Of a DNA stretch of 64,000 bases, positions 31,150 through 42,500 are shown one piece after another. The stretch's first letter is position 1; each line of letters opens with the position of its first letter. A model generated the notes under the pieces. That model was not told where the DNA came from and ran no database searches. It saw only the letters and a list, made by a program, of their open reading frames with translations. The stretch lies in the NCBI GenBank assembly GCA_963764165.1, contig CAVXRD010000004.1, positions 672,001-736,000 on the forward strand. The letters run 5' to 3'. The position numbers and the translations under genes were made by a program. Origin of the DNA: an uncultured Verrucomicrobiae bacterium (GTDB lineage: Bacteria; Verrucomicrobiota; Verrucomicrobiia; Limisphaerales; Palsa-1400).

Positions 31150-32024
31150 CGAATTCACCCGAGCAGTGCAGCATTCGCCAAGTTGCGGGCTTTGCGGTTT
31201 ACGTCCTCAGAAGCGACGCTCTCGAAGTTGCGGTTGTGCCGGAGCTTGGCGCAAAAATCATTTCGCTGAAAAGTCTTCGCGCGCAGCGGGAATGGCTTTG
31301 GCATCCGAAAGATAAATTGGAATTGTTCAAAAACTCGGCGCGCGATGAATTTTCCGCCAGCACGCTCGTCGGAATTGATGAATGCTTGCCGACCATCATG
31401 CCTTGCTCGTGGCGCGGGCGCCAATTGCCCGACCATGGAGAAGTATGGCATGCGCCTTGGGCAGTCGACGCGCAGGCATGGCAACTGGGCGTTTTGAAAA
31501 CGCACATCAAGCTGGAACATTCCCCTTTCGTGTTCGAGCGCGTTCTGCGACTGGAAGAAGATCAATTGCAATTTCATTATAAATTGTCCAACGCCGCCGA
31601 AGTGGAGGAATATTTTATCTGGGCCATGCATCCGCTGCTGCGGCTGAGGAAAGGCGACGCATTGGAACTGCCGAAATCAACCCGCGCGCTGTTCAACGGC
31701 GAAGCCTGGATCGACGACGTCACTTCGGCGATTCCCCAAGACGCATGTTGCAAGGCGTTCGCCCGCCCCGTCCTCGAAGGATGGGCCGCCGTCAAGAACA
31801 ACGTGGATGGCGGCCGCTTGCAATTCAATTGGGATCCGTCCGCGAACAACACGCTGGGCTTGTGGCTCACGCGCGGTGGCTGGCATGGCCACCACCACTT
31901 CGCCATCGAGCCTGCCAACGCCGATCATGATTCGCTGGCCGTCGCCGCCGGCTTGCAGCGCTGCGGGATTGTTGGTGGAGGCTGTTCAGTGGCGTGGGAT
32001 CTTTCCATACACGCTGGGCCATGA
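31146..32024 (+). CDS. Galactose mutarotase / aldose 1-epimerase-like protein
   Basis: VVPELGAKIISL, GIDECLPT, LPDHGEVW, WAMHPL, AIEP; ATGA overlap with the upstream gene. Confidence 0.75.
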   Translation: MTNSPEQCSIRQVAGFAVYVLRSDALEVAVVPELGAKIISLKSLRAQREWLWHPKDKLELFKNSARDEFSASTLVGIDECLPTIMPCSWRGRQLPDHGEVWHAPWAVDAQAWQLGVLKTHIKLEHSPFVFERVLRLEEDQLQFHYKLSNAAEVEEYFIWAMHPLLRLRKGDALELPKSTRALFNGEAWIDDVTSAIPQDACCKAFARPVLEGWAAVKNNVDGGRLQFNWDPSANNTLGLWLTRGGWHGHHHFAIEPANADHDSLAVAAGLQRCGIVGGGCSVAWDLSIHAGP

Positions 32025-34159
32025 TTTTCCGACTTATGAACCATCGATCTTCCTTCGGGCTGGCGCTGGCCGGCCTGCTTTGTCTCGCTCATTCAGCGCT
32101 TGCGGAAAGCATTTCAATTGCCACAAAGCAGTTCACGCTGAGCTTCCAAACTGGCGGAGACCATCGTCTCTATCAGCAGCCCATCGGGATCAATCCGCCC
32201 ACCTGGAAACCGGAGCGGGACGACGAGTCTTATCCGCAGTCAGGCGACGGTTATATTTGGGAACCCGCTTTGCAGGCCGTCCACGCGGACGGCAATACCT
32301 CCACAGCCCTTATTTTTGACGCGGTCACACGAACCAATGCGACGGCTGACATTGAAGAAGTCCGCCTCCATCTCCACGACGCGGCTTACCCCTTTGAGGT
32401 GACGCTCTGCTTTCGCGCACACCAAAGCGAAGACGTGATCGAAGAATGGACGGAAATCGTTCATCACGAAAGCGGCCCCGTCACGCTCGCGCGCATGGCT
32501 TCCTCCTCCTTGTTGCTGGAGAACAACGTGTATTTGACACATTTTTTTGGCGATTGGGCCAAGGAAATGATGGCTCCGATCACGGAGCAAATCACGCCTG
32601 GCGTCAAAGTGCTGGACTCGAAAATCGGGGTGCGCGCCTCGCAATTTCAAAATCCATCTTTTTTCCTTTCGCTCGGCGGCAAGGCCGCGGAAAACGAAGG
32701 CCGCGTGCTGGCGGGTTCGCTGGCGTGGTCCGGCAGTTTTCAACTTGCCTTCGACAACAATGGGAAGGCCGTCCGAGCCTTGTGCGGCATCAATCCTTTT
32801 GAGTCGTCGTATCGCCTTGGGCCCGGCAAATCCTTTGCCACACCGACGATGATCTGGGTTTGGAGCAGCCACGGCTTGGGCGAAATGAGCCGCAAGTTCC
32901 ACAATTGGGCGCGTGATTTCGGAATGCGCGACGGCCACAAAACGCGCAGCGTCCTGCTGAACAATTGGGAAGCAACAGGTTTCGATTTTGATTTCCATCG
33001 AATTGCGGCGCTGTTCGGACCGGCAAAGGAAATTGGCTCGGAGCTTTTCCTGCTGGACGACGGCTGGTTTGGCAATGATTACCCACGCACCAATGACACC
33101 GCCGGTTTGGGCGATTGGCAGCCCAATCGCCAGCGTTTGCCCCAGGGCTTGGCTCCGCTGGCGGCGGCGGCCGTTCAACATGGGCTCCGCTTCGGAATAT
33201 GGATGGAGCCGGAAATGGTAAATCCCAACAGCGATTTGTTTCACGAGCATCCGGATTGGGTCATTCGCCAGCCAAAACGGCCGCTTGAATTGCAGCGCAA
33301 TCAACTCGTGCTGGATTTGACACGCCCTGCCGTGCAGGAATTCGAATGGAAAACGATTCAAGACATATTGCGCGTGCCGGGGATAACTTATGCCAAGTGG
33401 GACTGCAATCGTTATCTCACGCAACCGGGCTCGCCTTACCTCACCGGTGACCATCAATCGGAATTGTGGATTGATTACGTGGAGGCCCTTTATGCTTTGA
33501 TGGACAAAACCGCCAAGACCTTCCCCGACACCGAATTAATGCTTTGCTCCGGCGGCGGGGGGCGCGCGGATTATGGCGCCTTGAAATATTTCCAGGAATT
33601 CTGGCCGAGCGACAATACCGATCCGACCGTGCGCGTGCTGATGCAGTGGGATTATTCCTATTTCTTTCCGACGATGGCCTTAGCGAGCCACGTCACGCAT
33701 TGGGGCAACCGTCCGATGCACTTCGCGTGCAGTGTGGCAATGAGCGCGCGGTTCGGGATGGATTTGGATTTAACGAAAATGTCCAAGGAGGACAAAGCGA
33801 TCTGCGCTGGCGCCATTGGCGCCTATAAAAAAATCCGCGACATCACGGCGTTGGGAGACTTATACCGGCTGGAAGATCCGCACGGCAGTGAACGAGCCGC
33901 CATAAACTTTGTCGCGCCGGATCAATCGCGCGCGGTGGTGTTCGCATTTCAACTGCGTGACGGAACCAATGCCGCAATCCGACCGCAGGGACTTGCGGCG
34001 GCGAGACATTACACCATTCACGAATTGAATGCCGCACCGGGCCGCCAACCTATGGCGCATGAAGGCAAAACATTTTCAGGCGAAGATCTGATGCGCGACG
34101 GCATCGTGCCATCCTGCTCAAAAGCCCTCGAAGCCTCGGTAATTGAATTGAGCGAATGA
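32021..34159 (+). CDS. Secreted alpha-galactosidase, GH36
   Basis: LLNNWEA, FLLDDGWFG, LGDW, FGIWMEPEMVN, YAKWDCNR, CSGGGGR, WPSDNTDP. Confidence 0.93.
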   Translation: MIFRLMNHRSSFGLALAGLLCLAHSALAESISIATKQFTLSFQTGGDHRLYQQPIGINPPTWKPERDDESYPQSGDGYIWEPALQAVHADGNTSTALIFDAVTRTNATADIEEVRLHLHDAAYPFEVTLCFRAHQSEDVIEEWTEIVHHESGPVTLARMASSSLLLENNVYLTHFFGDWAKEMMAPITEQITPGVKVLDSKIGVRASQFQNPSFFLSLGGKAAENEGRVLAGSLAWSGSFQLAFDNNGKAVRALCGINPFESSYRLGPGKSFATPTMIWVWSSHGLGEMSRKFHNWARDFGMRDGHKTRSVLLNNWEATGFDFDFHRIAALFGPAKEIGSELFLLDDGWFGNDYPRTNDTAGLGDWQPNRQRLPQGLAPLAAAAVQHGLRFGIWMEPEMVNPNSDLFHEHPDWVIRQPKRPLELQRNQLVLDLTRPAVQEFEWKTIQDILRVPGITYAKWDCNRYLTQPGSPYLTGDHQSELWIDYVEALYALMDKTAKTFPDTELMLCSGGGGRADYGALKYFQEFWPSDNTDPTVRVLMQWDYSYFFPTMALASHVTHWGNRPMHFACSVAMSARFGMDLDLTKMSKEDKAICAGAIGAYKKIRDITALGDLYRLEDPHGSERAAINFVAPDQSRAVVFAFQLRDGTNAAIRPQGLAAARHYTIHELNAAPGRQPMAHEGKTFSGEDLMRDGIVPSCSKALEASVIELSE

Positions 34160-34175
34160 CCCGAAAGCAATTGCA

Positions 34176-36089
34176 TTGAAAATAAGCCACCTCACCGGTC
34201 TGATATTTTTGTCCCTCAACCTTTCGGCATTTGCCGCGCCTAAGAATCACGAGTGGACGGTTGCGTCGCCAGACGGAAAATGCGCCATAACTGTTTCGCT
34301 CAGCAAAGAGGGACGCCTAAATTATCAGGCTTCTCGCGCTGGAAAAATCGTCATCGCCAACTCGCCACTTGGCCTGCGCCGTGAGGATCAGGACTTCGAA
34401 ACTTCCCTCGCATTGGATGCCGCGGGCGAAATCGAACAGCGCCGCGAAACGTATGATTTATTGGCGGGCGCCAATCCGCGCGTAAGTCATGTGCTCAACC
34501 GGCGCAGCCTGGCATTCCACAACACCAACGGCGCTTCCATTGTCATCGATCTGGCAGCAAGTGGTGAGGGTGTCGCTTTTCGTTACCGTTTTACCAATGT
34601 CTCGAGCACCGTGCATGTCGTGGAGTCCGAATCAACGGGCTTTGCCATTGGGGCGAAAGCGCGCGGCTGGCTGCAACCTTACCACGCGGCGGGACCGTAT
34701 ACGCCCGCCTATGAGGATTTTTATTTTCATGTTTCAGCCGGCGAGGCTCCGCCCGATTCGCGGCAGAAGGCGGTCGGCTGGGCTTTCCCCGCGCTTTTCA
34801 ACGTGTCTCGGTCTCATGCTTGGGTATTGCTGACGGAATCCGGAACGGATGAATCTTATTGCGCCTGCCATCTCGCGGCGGATTCGCCAGGAGGAATGTA
34901 TCGGATCGCCTTTCCGCTCTCGGACGAAACGACTCGGGGCTACACCAACAAATTCGGTCCAGAGCCGCGCTTCCGTTTGCCTTGGGTCATGCCTTGGCGT
35001 GTGATCGTCATGGCCGAGACGCCCAAAGAAATTGCCACTGAATCGCTGGTGACCGATCTGGCTGAGCCCTCAAGAATCGCGGATGCATCATGGATCAAAC
35101 CTGGTCGCGCCTCGTGGGCCTGGTGGTCGTATCCAGACGGTCCCGCCTCGAAAGCGCTCTTCGACGAATTCACGGATTTCGCGGCGAAAATGGGATGGGA
35201 ATACACACTCTTCGACGCCGGTTGGTGGGAGCCTGGATTGAGGCCCATTTCTAATCACGCCCTGAGCAAAGGTGTCCTTCCACTGGCTTGGAATTACGCG
35301 GGCGACTTTTACGACGACAAGAAGCGAAGCGACAAACTGGATGAGATGACCGCCGCTGGCGTCCGTGGAGTGAAGGTTGATTTTTGGTGTTCGGACCGGC
35401 AGGAGGCCATCGCCGCCCAGCAGGCTCTTATGAGGGATGCGGCGGCGCGCAAAATTGTGGTGAATTTGCACGGCTGCACCATTCCTCGCGGGTGGCAGAG
35501 AACATGGCCCAATTTTCTGAGCTGCGAAGCTGTCCTTGGGAGCGAATCGTATTTTTACGAGTCAAATTACACCGCGAAGGCAGCCGAATTGGACACCGTT
35601 CTTCCCTTTACCCGCAATGCCATCGGTCCGATGGATCTGACACCCGTGGCTTGTTCGCCTAAAAAATATGCGCGCACCACCACTGCGGCCCACCAATTGG
35701 CGGCGGCGCTGATTTTTACTTGCGGAATTGTTCACTACGCCGACCAGCCGGAATTTTTTGAGTCGCTGCCGCCCGAAGCACTTCAGATTTTTCGAGATGC
35801 GCCCGCACGCTGGGATGAGACCCGATGTCTCGCCGCCGACCCGGGCACCGATGTTGTTTTTGCGCGGAAGGCCGGGGCAAGTTGGTTCATCGCCGGCATC
35901 AATGGGACTTCCCAACCGCTGTTGGTCCGACTGGATTTGTCGGCATTCAAAGATTTCCCGCGCCGCACCCTGATCGCTGAGGGCGTCAATTCGCAAATGC
36001 TAGTAAGCGCCTCTCCGGTAAAGGCGTCATCATCCTGGCAGCGCAACCTTCCTGCGCGCGGCGGTTTCATCCTGCGGCTGGATCGGTGA
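34176..36089 (+). CDS. Glycoside hydrolase family 97 (probably the retaining type, KVDF motif)
   Basis: SPDG, WIKPGRASWAWW, DAGW, GVKVDF, HG...RTWPN, PFTRN..GPMDLTP. Confidence 0.9.
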   Translation: MKISHLTGLIFLSLNLSAFAAPKNHEWTVASPDGKCAITVSLSKEGRLNYQASRAGKIVIANSPLGLRREDQDFETSLALDAAGEIEQRRETYDLLAGANPRVSHVLNRRSLAFHNTNGASIVIDLAASGEGVAFRYRFTNVSSTVHVVESESTGFAIGAKARGWLQPYHAAGPYTPAYEDFYFHVSAGEAPPDSRQKAVGWAFPALFNVSRSHAWVLLTESGTDESYCACHLAADSPGGMYRIAFPLSDETTRGYTNKFGPEPRFRLPWVMPWRVIVMAETPKEIATESLVTDLAEPSRIADASWIKPGRASWAWWSYPDGPASKALFDEFTDFAAKMGWEYTLFDAGWWEPGLRPISNHALSKGVLPLAWNYAGDFYDDKKRSDKLDEMTAAGVRGVKVDFWCSDRQEAIAAQQALMRDAAARKIVVNLHGCTIPRGWQRTWPNFLSCEAVLGSESYFYESNYTAKAAELDTVLPFTRNAIGPMDLTPVACSPKKYARTTTAAHQLAAALIFTCGIVHYADQPEFFESLPPEALQIFRDAPARWDETRCLAADPGTDVVFARKAGASWFIAGINGTSQPLLVRLDLSAFKDFPRRTLIAEGVNSQMLVSASPVKASSSWQRNLPARGGFILRLDR

Positions 36090-38506
36090 ATATGATGCTA
36101 ACGAACATTTTCAAACGACTCGCTTCGCTTGCCTGGATTGGAATTGCGATGTCGTTGGTTGCCTCTGAGGATCCAGCGGGGTCATTAGAAAACCTCATCT
36201 GGTTTGATAAGCCCGCCGCAAATTTCACGGAATCCACTCCGCTGGGCAATGGCCGGCTGGGTGCGATGATGTTCGGCGGCGTCAAGGATGAGCGCATTGT
36301 GCTAAACGAAAGTTCGGTGTGGTCCGGCTCGCATCAGGACGCGGACCGCCCGGACGCCTACAAAAGCCTGCCTGAAATACAGGAGTTGCTGATCGAAGGA
36401 AAAAATGCCGAAGCCGAGGCACTCATGAACGCGAAGTTCACCTGCAAGGGCCCCGGGTCCGCCAACGGCACAGGGGATAGCCAGTTTGGATGCTATCAGG
36501 TGTTGGGAAATCTTCATTTGTCATTTTCAGGCGAGCCCGATGTGCCGTTTGAAAATTATCGCCGCGAATTAAATCTCGACGACGCGGTGGCGCGCATGGA
36601 ATTTACCCGCGGCGGCGTCACGTTTAAGCGCGAGATGTTCGCGAGCGCGCCGGATCAGGTAATGGTTTTGCGTTTGACAGCCAGCAAATCGAAACAGATT
36701 TCTTTCGACTTGCGCCTTGACCGTCCGGCGCGATTTGCAACCACCGCGGACGGCAATAATAGCCTGTTAATGACCGGCCGATTGGACAATGGCAAAGGTG
36801 GGGAGGGCATTCGCTATGCCGGCCGTGTGCGGGTTCTCATTCGAGAGGGGCAAATTTCCACTCATGGGAATCTTTTGGGCGTCAGCCATGCGGATGAAGT
36901 TCTTTTGTTGATTGCCGCCGCGACGGATTACCAGGGTTTTGCGGGCCGCCAGACAAAAGATCCGTCCGCCGCAACGCTGGACGATTTGAACAGAGCGGCA
37001 AAGAAATCTTACTCAACACTCCGCGAAGCGCACACTGCGGATTATCAAAAATACCACCGCAGAGTTTCGCTTCACCTCAACCCAACGGATTTGACGGCAG
37101 AGGCGAAGCCAACACCGGAACGTATTCGGTTGGCGAACAAAAACGGTGATCCAAGCCTGGCGGCGCTGTATTTTAATTTTGGCCGCTACTTGTTGATCTC
37201 CTCGTCCCGCCCCGGCGGACTGCCCGCAAACTTGCAAGGAATCTGGGCGGAGGAAATCCGCACGCCGTGGACGGGAGACTGGCATCTGGACATGAACGTG
37301 GAGATGAACTATTGGCCGGCGGAGGTCTGCAATCTATCGGATTTAGCGCAGCCCCTGTTCGCGCTCATAGCTTCGCTGCAAAAGCCGGGGGCGCAAACGG
37401 CCCGTGATTATTACCATGCAAACGGATGGGTGGCGCATGTGATCACAAATCCATGGGGATTTACCTCTCCGGGTGAGGTTGCTTCGTGGGGATCGACTTG
37501 CAGCGGTTCTGGCTGGCTTTGCCAACACTTGTGGGATCACTATTTATTCACGCGAGACAAAGAGTTCCTCAAATGGGCTTATCCCATCATGAGAGGCGCC
37601 GCTGAATTTTATTCCGACCTGCTGATTGAGGATCCCAGACATCATTGGCTCGTCGTCGCCCCGGCTAATTCACCGGAAAACCATTTTGAGATGCCTGACC
37701 ATCAGCAGCCGGCCATCGCTTTGGGGTCCGCCTACCAATCAGAAATCACGAGTTATTTATTCAATGCTTGCATCGAATCATCTGCGATTCTCGGTGTTGA
37801 TCAGGAGTTCCGAAGCAAGCTCGTGAGCCAGCGGAAAAAGCTTCTGCCGATCCAAATTGGACGGGACGGGCGTGTTATGGAATGGCCCGAGCCTTACAAG
37901 GAAGCTGATCCGCACCATCGGCATGTGTCGCACTTGTGGGGTTTATATCCCGGCGATGAAATCTCACCAGAAGCCGAGCCAGACCTCGCAGCCGCGGCGC
38001 GCAAAACGCTGGAAGCGCGGGGTGACAGCGGAGTGGGCTGGGCGCTTGCTTATAAGGCGCTTTTGTGGAGCCGATTGGAAAACGGCGACCACGCTTGGAA
38101 GCTGGTGCGCGCCGCGCTGGCGCCGGCCTCCGGCATGGATGTCCGGTACGATAATGGCGGCGGGGTTTATCCAAATCTATTTGACGCCTGCCCGCCCTTT
38201 CAAATTGACGGCAACTTCGGCATCACCGCCGCCATCGCGGAGATGCTTTTGCAAAGCGAAGCTGGCCGCATCCATTTGCTACCCGCGCTGCCCGCGGCTT
38301 GGAAAGACGGAATGGTTGCGGGCCTTTGCGCGCGGGGTGGTTTTGAAGCGGATATGTCGTGGAAGGACGGAGGCTTGGTTGCCGCGACGATTAAATCCGC
38401 CGCAGGCGGAACCTGCCAGGTTTCCTATCGAGGAAAAACGGTCATTGTTGGAATAAAGAAAGGAGAAAGCATCCACCTTGATGGAAGGCTTTCCCGTCAA
38501 GAATAG
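36086..38506 (+). CDS. Glycoside hydrolase family 95 (alpha-L-fucosidase-like)
   Basis: PLGNGRLGAM, FNFGRYLLISSSR, NLQGIW, MNYWP, HRHVSHLWGLYPG, PPFQIDGNFG. Confidence 0.93.
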   Translation: MNMMLTNIFKRLASLAWIGIAMSLVASEDPAGSLENLIWFDKPAANFTESTPLGNGRLGAMMFGGVKDERIVLNESSVWSGSHQDADRPDAYKSLPEIQELLIEGKNAEAEALMNAKFTCKGPGSANGTGDSQFGCYQVLGNLHLSFSGEPDVPFENYRRELNLDDAVARMEFTRGGVTFKREMFASAPDQVMVLRLTASKSKQISFDLRLDRPARFATTADGNNSLLMTGRLDNGKGGEGIRYAGRVRVLIREGQISTHGNLLGVSHADEVLLLIAAATDYQGFAGRQTKDPSAATLDDLNRAAKKSYSTLREAHTADYQKYHRRVSLHLNPTDLTAEAKPTPERIRLANKNGDPSLAALYFNFGRYLLISSSRPGGLPANLQGIWAEEIRTPWTGDWHLDMNVEMNYWPAEVCNLSDLAQPLFALIASLQKPGAQTARDYYHANGWVAHVITNPWGFTSPGEVASWGSTCSGSGWLCQHLWDHYLFTRDKEFLKWAYPIMRGAAEFYSDLLIEDPRHHWLVVAPANSPENHFEMPDHQQPAIALGSAYQSEITSYLFNACIESSAILGVDQEFRSKLVSQRKKLLPIQIGRDGRVMEWPEPYKEADPHHRHVSHLWGLYPGDEISPEAEPDLAAAARKTLEARGDSGVGWALAYKALLWSRLENGDHAWKLVRAALAPASGMDVRYDNGGGVYPNLFDACPPFQIDGNFGITAAIAEMLLQSEAGRIHLLPALPAAWKDGMVAGLCARGGFEADMSWKDGGLVAATIKSAAGGTCQVSYRGKTVIVGIKKGESIHLDGRLSRQE

Positions 38507-38594
38507 TCGAAAATGCCAAATCAACAAGGGCCTGGACCACGGAGCGAGAGGCAGCCCCAGCCTTGAGATCCCATGATTGAGTGAATAAGCAAAA

Positions 38595-38664
38595 ATGGCG
38601 GAAGCGGTTGTTTCCGCGCCCATTTTGTCACCTTAGAAATCGAGGCAATATGGTATGATTCGCC
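38595..38664 (+). repeat. Direct repeat copy 1 (att-like junction / 5' remnant of an XRE gene)
   Basis: atggcggaagcggttgtttccgcgcccattttgtca...gattcgcc; carries a 1-bp insertion relative to copies 2 and 3. Confidence 0.85.
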
Positions 38665-38711
38665 AGGTTTTAGAAATCAGCGAACAACGGAGCGCCGGTT
38701 GATAGAGTAAG

Positions 38712-38882
38712 TCAGGGCGAGCGGACTTGGTAGAAGCGGCGGAAATCGTTGGTTGCCGGTTGCGTAGTGAATTGGAAAACGCCCGAACCCATATTGGTGG
38801 CGTCGCCGACGACTGTCCAGTTGCTCGACGGCGAGGAAAGGCCCCTCGCGGACAATACACCAAAAGTCGAATTCGAATTGCC
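38712..38882 (-). pseudogene. Orphan 3' fragment encoding a C-terminal sorting-like domain of a lost secreted protein
   Basis: Translates GNSNSTFGVLSARGLSSPSSNWTVVGDATNMGSGVFQFTTQPATNDFRRFYQVRSP*; no start codon between it and the 38937 stop. Confidence 0.65.
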
Positions 38883-38936
38883 TTTGCTGCGTAGTGCTGA
38901 GCAGACTCGAACCGATCTCGTAAATAGGAATGAGTT

Positions 38937-39590
38937 CTACAACACCGAACGATGCTCGATGGCAAAATGAAGCAAGCGGTGGGATCCTTGCATTTCCAAT
39001 TTCGCACGAATGTTCGCCAGATGAGTCTCGACCGTGCGATGGCTGATGAAGAGCTGTTCGCCGATCTGTTTGCTTGTCATGTTTTCGGACAGCAGCTTCA
39101 GCACGCGGCATTCCATCGGAGACAAGCTTTCCAAACCGGGGCTGGCCTTGCGCACAGCCGTGGCGCGCTGGCTGCGCTTGAGCAGATATCCGGAAATGCC
39201 GGGACTTAAAAATATTTCCCCCGCCGCCACGCTTTTGATGCCGCTGGTGACATCGGTGACTGCGTTGTCCTTGAGGATGTAGCCTTTGACACCGCAGTCG
39301 AGCGCCGCATTGACGATGGCCTCCCCTTTGCACATCGTGAGCACAATGACGTTGACAGGAGGCCGGAATTGCTGGAGCGCGCGCGCCAATTCCAGCCCGT
39401 CGCATTGGGGCAATTCAATGTCAAGCAAAGCGACGTCGGGCTTCAGCGCCTTGATTTGCGCCAGGGCCGTGGGACCGTCGCCCGCCTCGCCGACCACGGC
39501 CAACCTGGGATCGGCTTCGAGAACCTGGCGCAAGCCTTGGCGGAAGATCGGATGATCGTCCACAAAAAACACCTTTATTTTTTGATTCAT
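38937..39590 (-). CDS. NarL-family response regulator
   Basis: VFFVDDHPIFRQG...LLDIELP...GYILKD...ISHRTVETHLANIRAKL; ATGA overlap with the kinase stop. Confidence 0.93.
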   Translation of the reverse strand: MNQKIKVFFVDDHPIFRQGLRQVLEADPRLAVVGEAGDGPTALAQIKALKPDVALLDIELPQCDGLELARALQQFRPPVNVIVLTMCKGEAIVNAALDCGVKGYILKDNAVTDVTSGIKSVAAGEIFLSPGISGYLLKRSQRATAVRKASPGLESLSPMECRVLKLLSENMTSKQIGEQLFISHRTVETHLANIRAKLEMQGSHRLLHFAIEHRSVL

Positions 39591-42500
39591 GCCTTTGGCT
39601 TCGGCAAAGGAACGGTGATTGTAAGGCGCGTGCCTTTGCCGCTGGCCGAGAGAATTTGAAAACTTCCGCCGATGAGACTGCACCGCTGCGCGATTCCTTT
39701 CAAGCCGAATCCGCTGCTTCCTTCCTCCTTCATCGCGGCGGCATCGAATCCCCTTCCGTCGTCCAGCAAGTCAAGGCGCAGGATGGGCGGCTCCCGCTTC
39801 AGTTCCACAATGACGGATGCCGCTTTGGAATGCTTGACAATGTTATTAATCGCCTCCTGTAAAATTCGATACAAGCTGATCTCCACTTCGGGCGGCAAAA
39901 GGCCTTGGACTTCATCAAGGTCCATGGAGAAACGAATGCCGCAGGCGACGGCCACTTTTCGGATCATGGATTCCGCCGCCCTCGTCAATCCGAGCCGGTC
40001 AAGCTCATACGGCCGCAAGGCGAAGGCTGTGGCGCGAATTTCCTCGATGGCGTTCCCGGCGCTCTCGGAAATGCGCCGGAGTTGTTCGGCCATCGCCGGC
40101 GAAGGATCGGAGCAAGCCAATCCCAGCACGGCCCGATTCTTAATCAGCAGCAATTCCTGGCCGAGACTGTCGTGCAATTCGCCGGCCATGCGCTTGCGCT
40201 CGGCCTCCTCGGCATTGATGAGCTGGCGCGAGAACTCCGCCTGGGCCGCATGCGCGCGCTTCAATTGCGCAATTCGATAATAAAATCCGGAAAAGACCGC
40301 CCCCCCCACCGCCAGCGCGAGCGCTGCGCGAAACCACCACGTCTGCCAGTATTCGGGCAGAACCAGAAGCTCCAGGCTTCCGCCGGCTTCATTCCAGACT
40401 CCGGCGCTATTGCAGGCGCTAACGTGAAAGCGGTAGTTTCCAGGGGGCGGACGGGTGTACCAGGCGATCTGGGACGTCCCGGCTTGCACCCAATCGGAAT
40501 CAAAGCTTTCCAACCGGTAACGAAAACGGTTCTTCTCAGGAGCTGTGAAGCTCAGCGCGGCAAAACGGAACTCCAGACGCAAAGTTCCGGCCGGTATCCG
40601 AACTTTGGCGCTTTCGGCGCCGGCCACAGCTTGCCCCGCCGGCAACTCCATCGAGTTTCCATCCGCCACCACCGCCTCGATCACCACTGGAGGCGGCACC
40701 TTGTTCTCCGGCAGGCGCAGCGGATCAATGACCGCCACTCCGTCCATAGTCGGAAACCAGAGCCGCCCGTCGGCGCCCTTCGCGGCCGCAGGCTCGTATC
40801 CGCTGCATTCGTTCGATGGCAGCCCGTCGGAGCGCGTGAACACCAAGAATTCAACTTGGCCTTTGCCGCTGTCGCAAAACTCATTTAATTGGCGCAGGCT
40901 CGCGCGCAGGATTCCTTGCGGCGTCGAAAGCCACAAGTTGCCCAAATCATCTTCGATCATGGCCTTGATGAAAGGAATCGGGAGGCCGTTGGTGGCGCGA
41001 ATGGCGGCAAACTTGCCATCTTTGCAGCGCGTTAGTTCACGACCACCGATCCATAGGACGCCTGCTGAGTCGCGGAAGAGCGATTGCACTGGTTTCCCGG
41101 CCAAGCCTTCGGCTGCCGCCAGAGATGTGATGTTTTCACCCTTTATCTGGCTCAATCCGCCGTCCGTGCCGATCCAGATGACACCGGAGCGGTCTTCCTC
41201 AATCGCATTGACACGGTTGTAACGCAGGCCGTTGGTTGTCGTCCAGGAACGGAATTTTCCGCTGGAATACCGGGACACCCCTCCCCTCAGGCCGCCAATC
41301 CACAAATCCCCAGTGCTGGCTTCAAAGAGGGCATCAACTGGCTCGCCCATGAAACCCGGATGTGAATCTGAGTCGATGCGCTCCCAAGGTGCCCCCGCCT
41401 GCTTATCCCACCAGAACAATCCCGCGCCGTAAGTGCCCACCCAAAGCCCTCCGTTGCGGGCATTTCGAACGCACCATGCCATTCTTTGCGGATCGTGGTT
41501 TGTGGTGAACCGAGCCCCATCAAAATGAACCAAACCACCTCCAAGTGAAGCCACCCAGACTGAGTTTGATCCATCGACCGCCAACGACAAGGCGACTTTT
41601 TTGCTCATTCCGTCCGCCACCCCCAAGGATTTCACAGCGCGGCGTTTTATGCGCACCAGCCCGCCACCGTCAGTTCCAAACCAATGGTTCCCTTCCCGGT
41701 CCACGAGTTCACTGGCAAGCGAGTCATTCGGAAAACCATCCTTCTGAGTCATGACAGACCAGCCCCCTGTGGATGCGCGGCATAATACGCCCGTTTCATT
41801 GGCAAGCCACCAATCACCCGCCGGATCCTCGGACAGGAGGAAATTGAAAATCCCGCCGGGAACGAGGTCCAAATCCGACAGCTTGCCGTTAGCAAAGAGC
41901 ACGAGGCGACCTGGTTGCATCAGGGTCAGCATCGCGCCGCCTCCATTCCGCAACGCGCGCAGGGCCAAGATCCCCCCCCGCACCCCTGGAACGATCGCCC
42001 ATTCTCCATCAATCAGCCGGGCGCATTGCTCGCGGCTCCACGTCCACGCGATTCCATTGACATCTACCTGAAGATTGCTCAACCGCCCCCAATCCGGCGA
42101 AGGAGGCTTGTCTTTTACCACCACGAAATGCCCCTGGTCATATTTCAGCAACCGGCCGTCTTCATCGCCGATCCATATTTTGCCATTCGCCGCCGCCAAG
42201 GCTGACGCTCCTCTCGCGGGCAGTCCGTCCGCCTCACCCAACTTGCGAAAACGCCCGTTCTGGCCCATGACGATTCCATTGTGCTCGTTCCGCATCCAGA
42301 GATTGCCCTGCGCGTCGGGGCGAAGGGTGGTGAAGATTTCCCCGGAAAGCTCCGGAAATCGATCGCTCGCAAACACTTCAAACCGCCGGCCATCAAACCG
42401 CGCCAGTCCGCCAAATGTTTCGAACCACAAGTACCCGTCAGAGGTTTGGGTCATGGATCTCACCGAGTTCTGGGGCAGCCCATCATCGCTATGCCAAACA

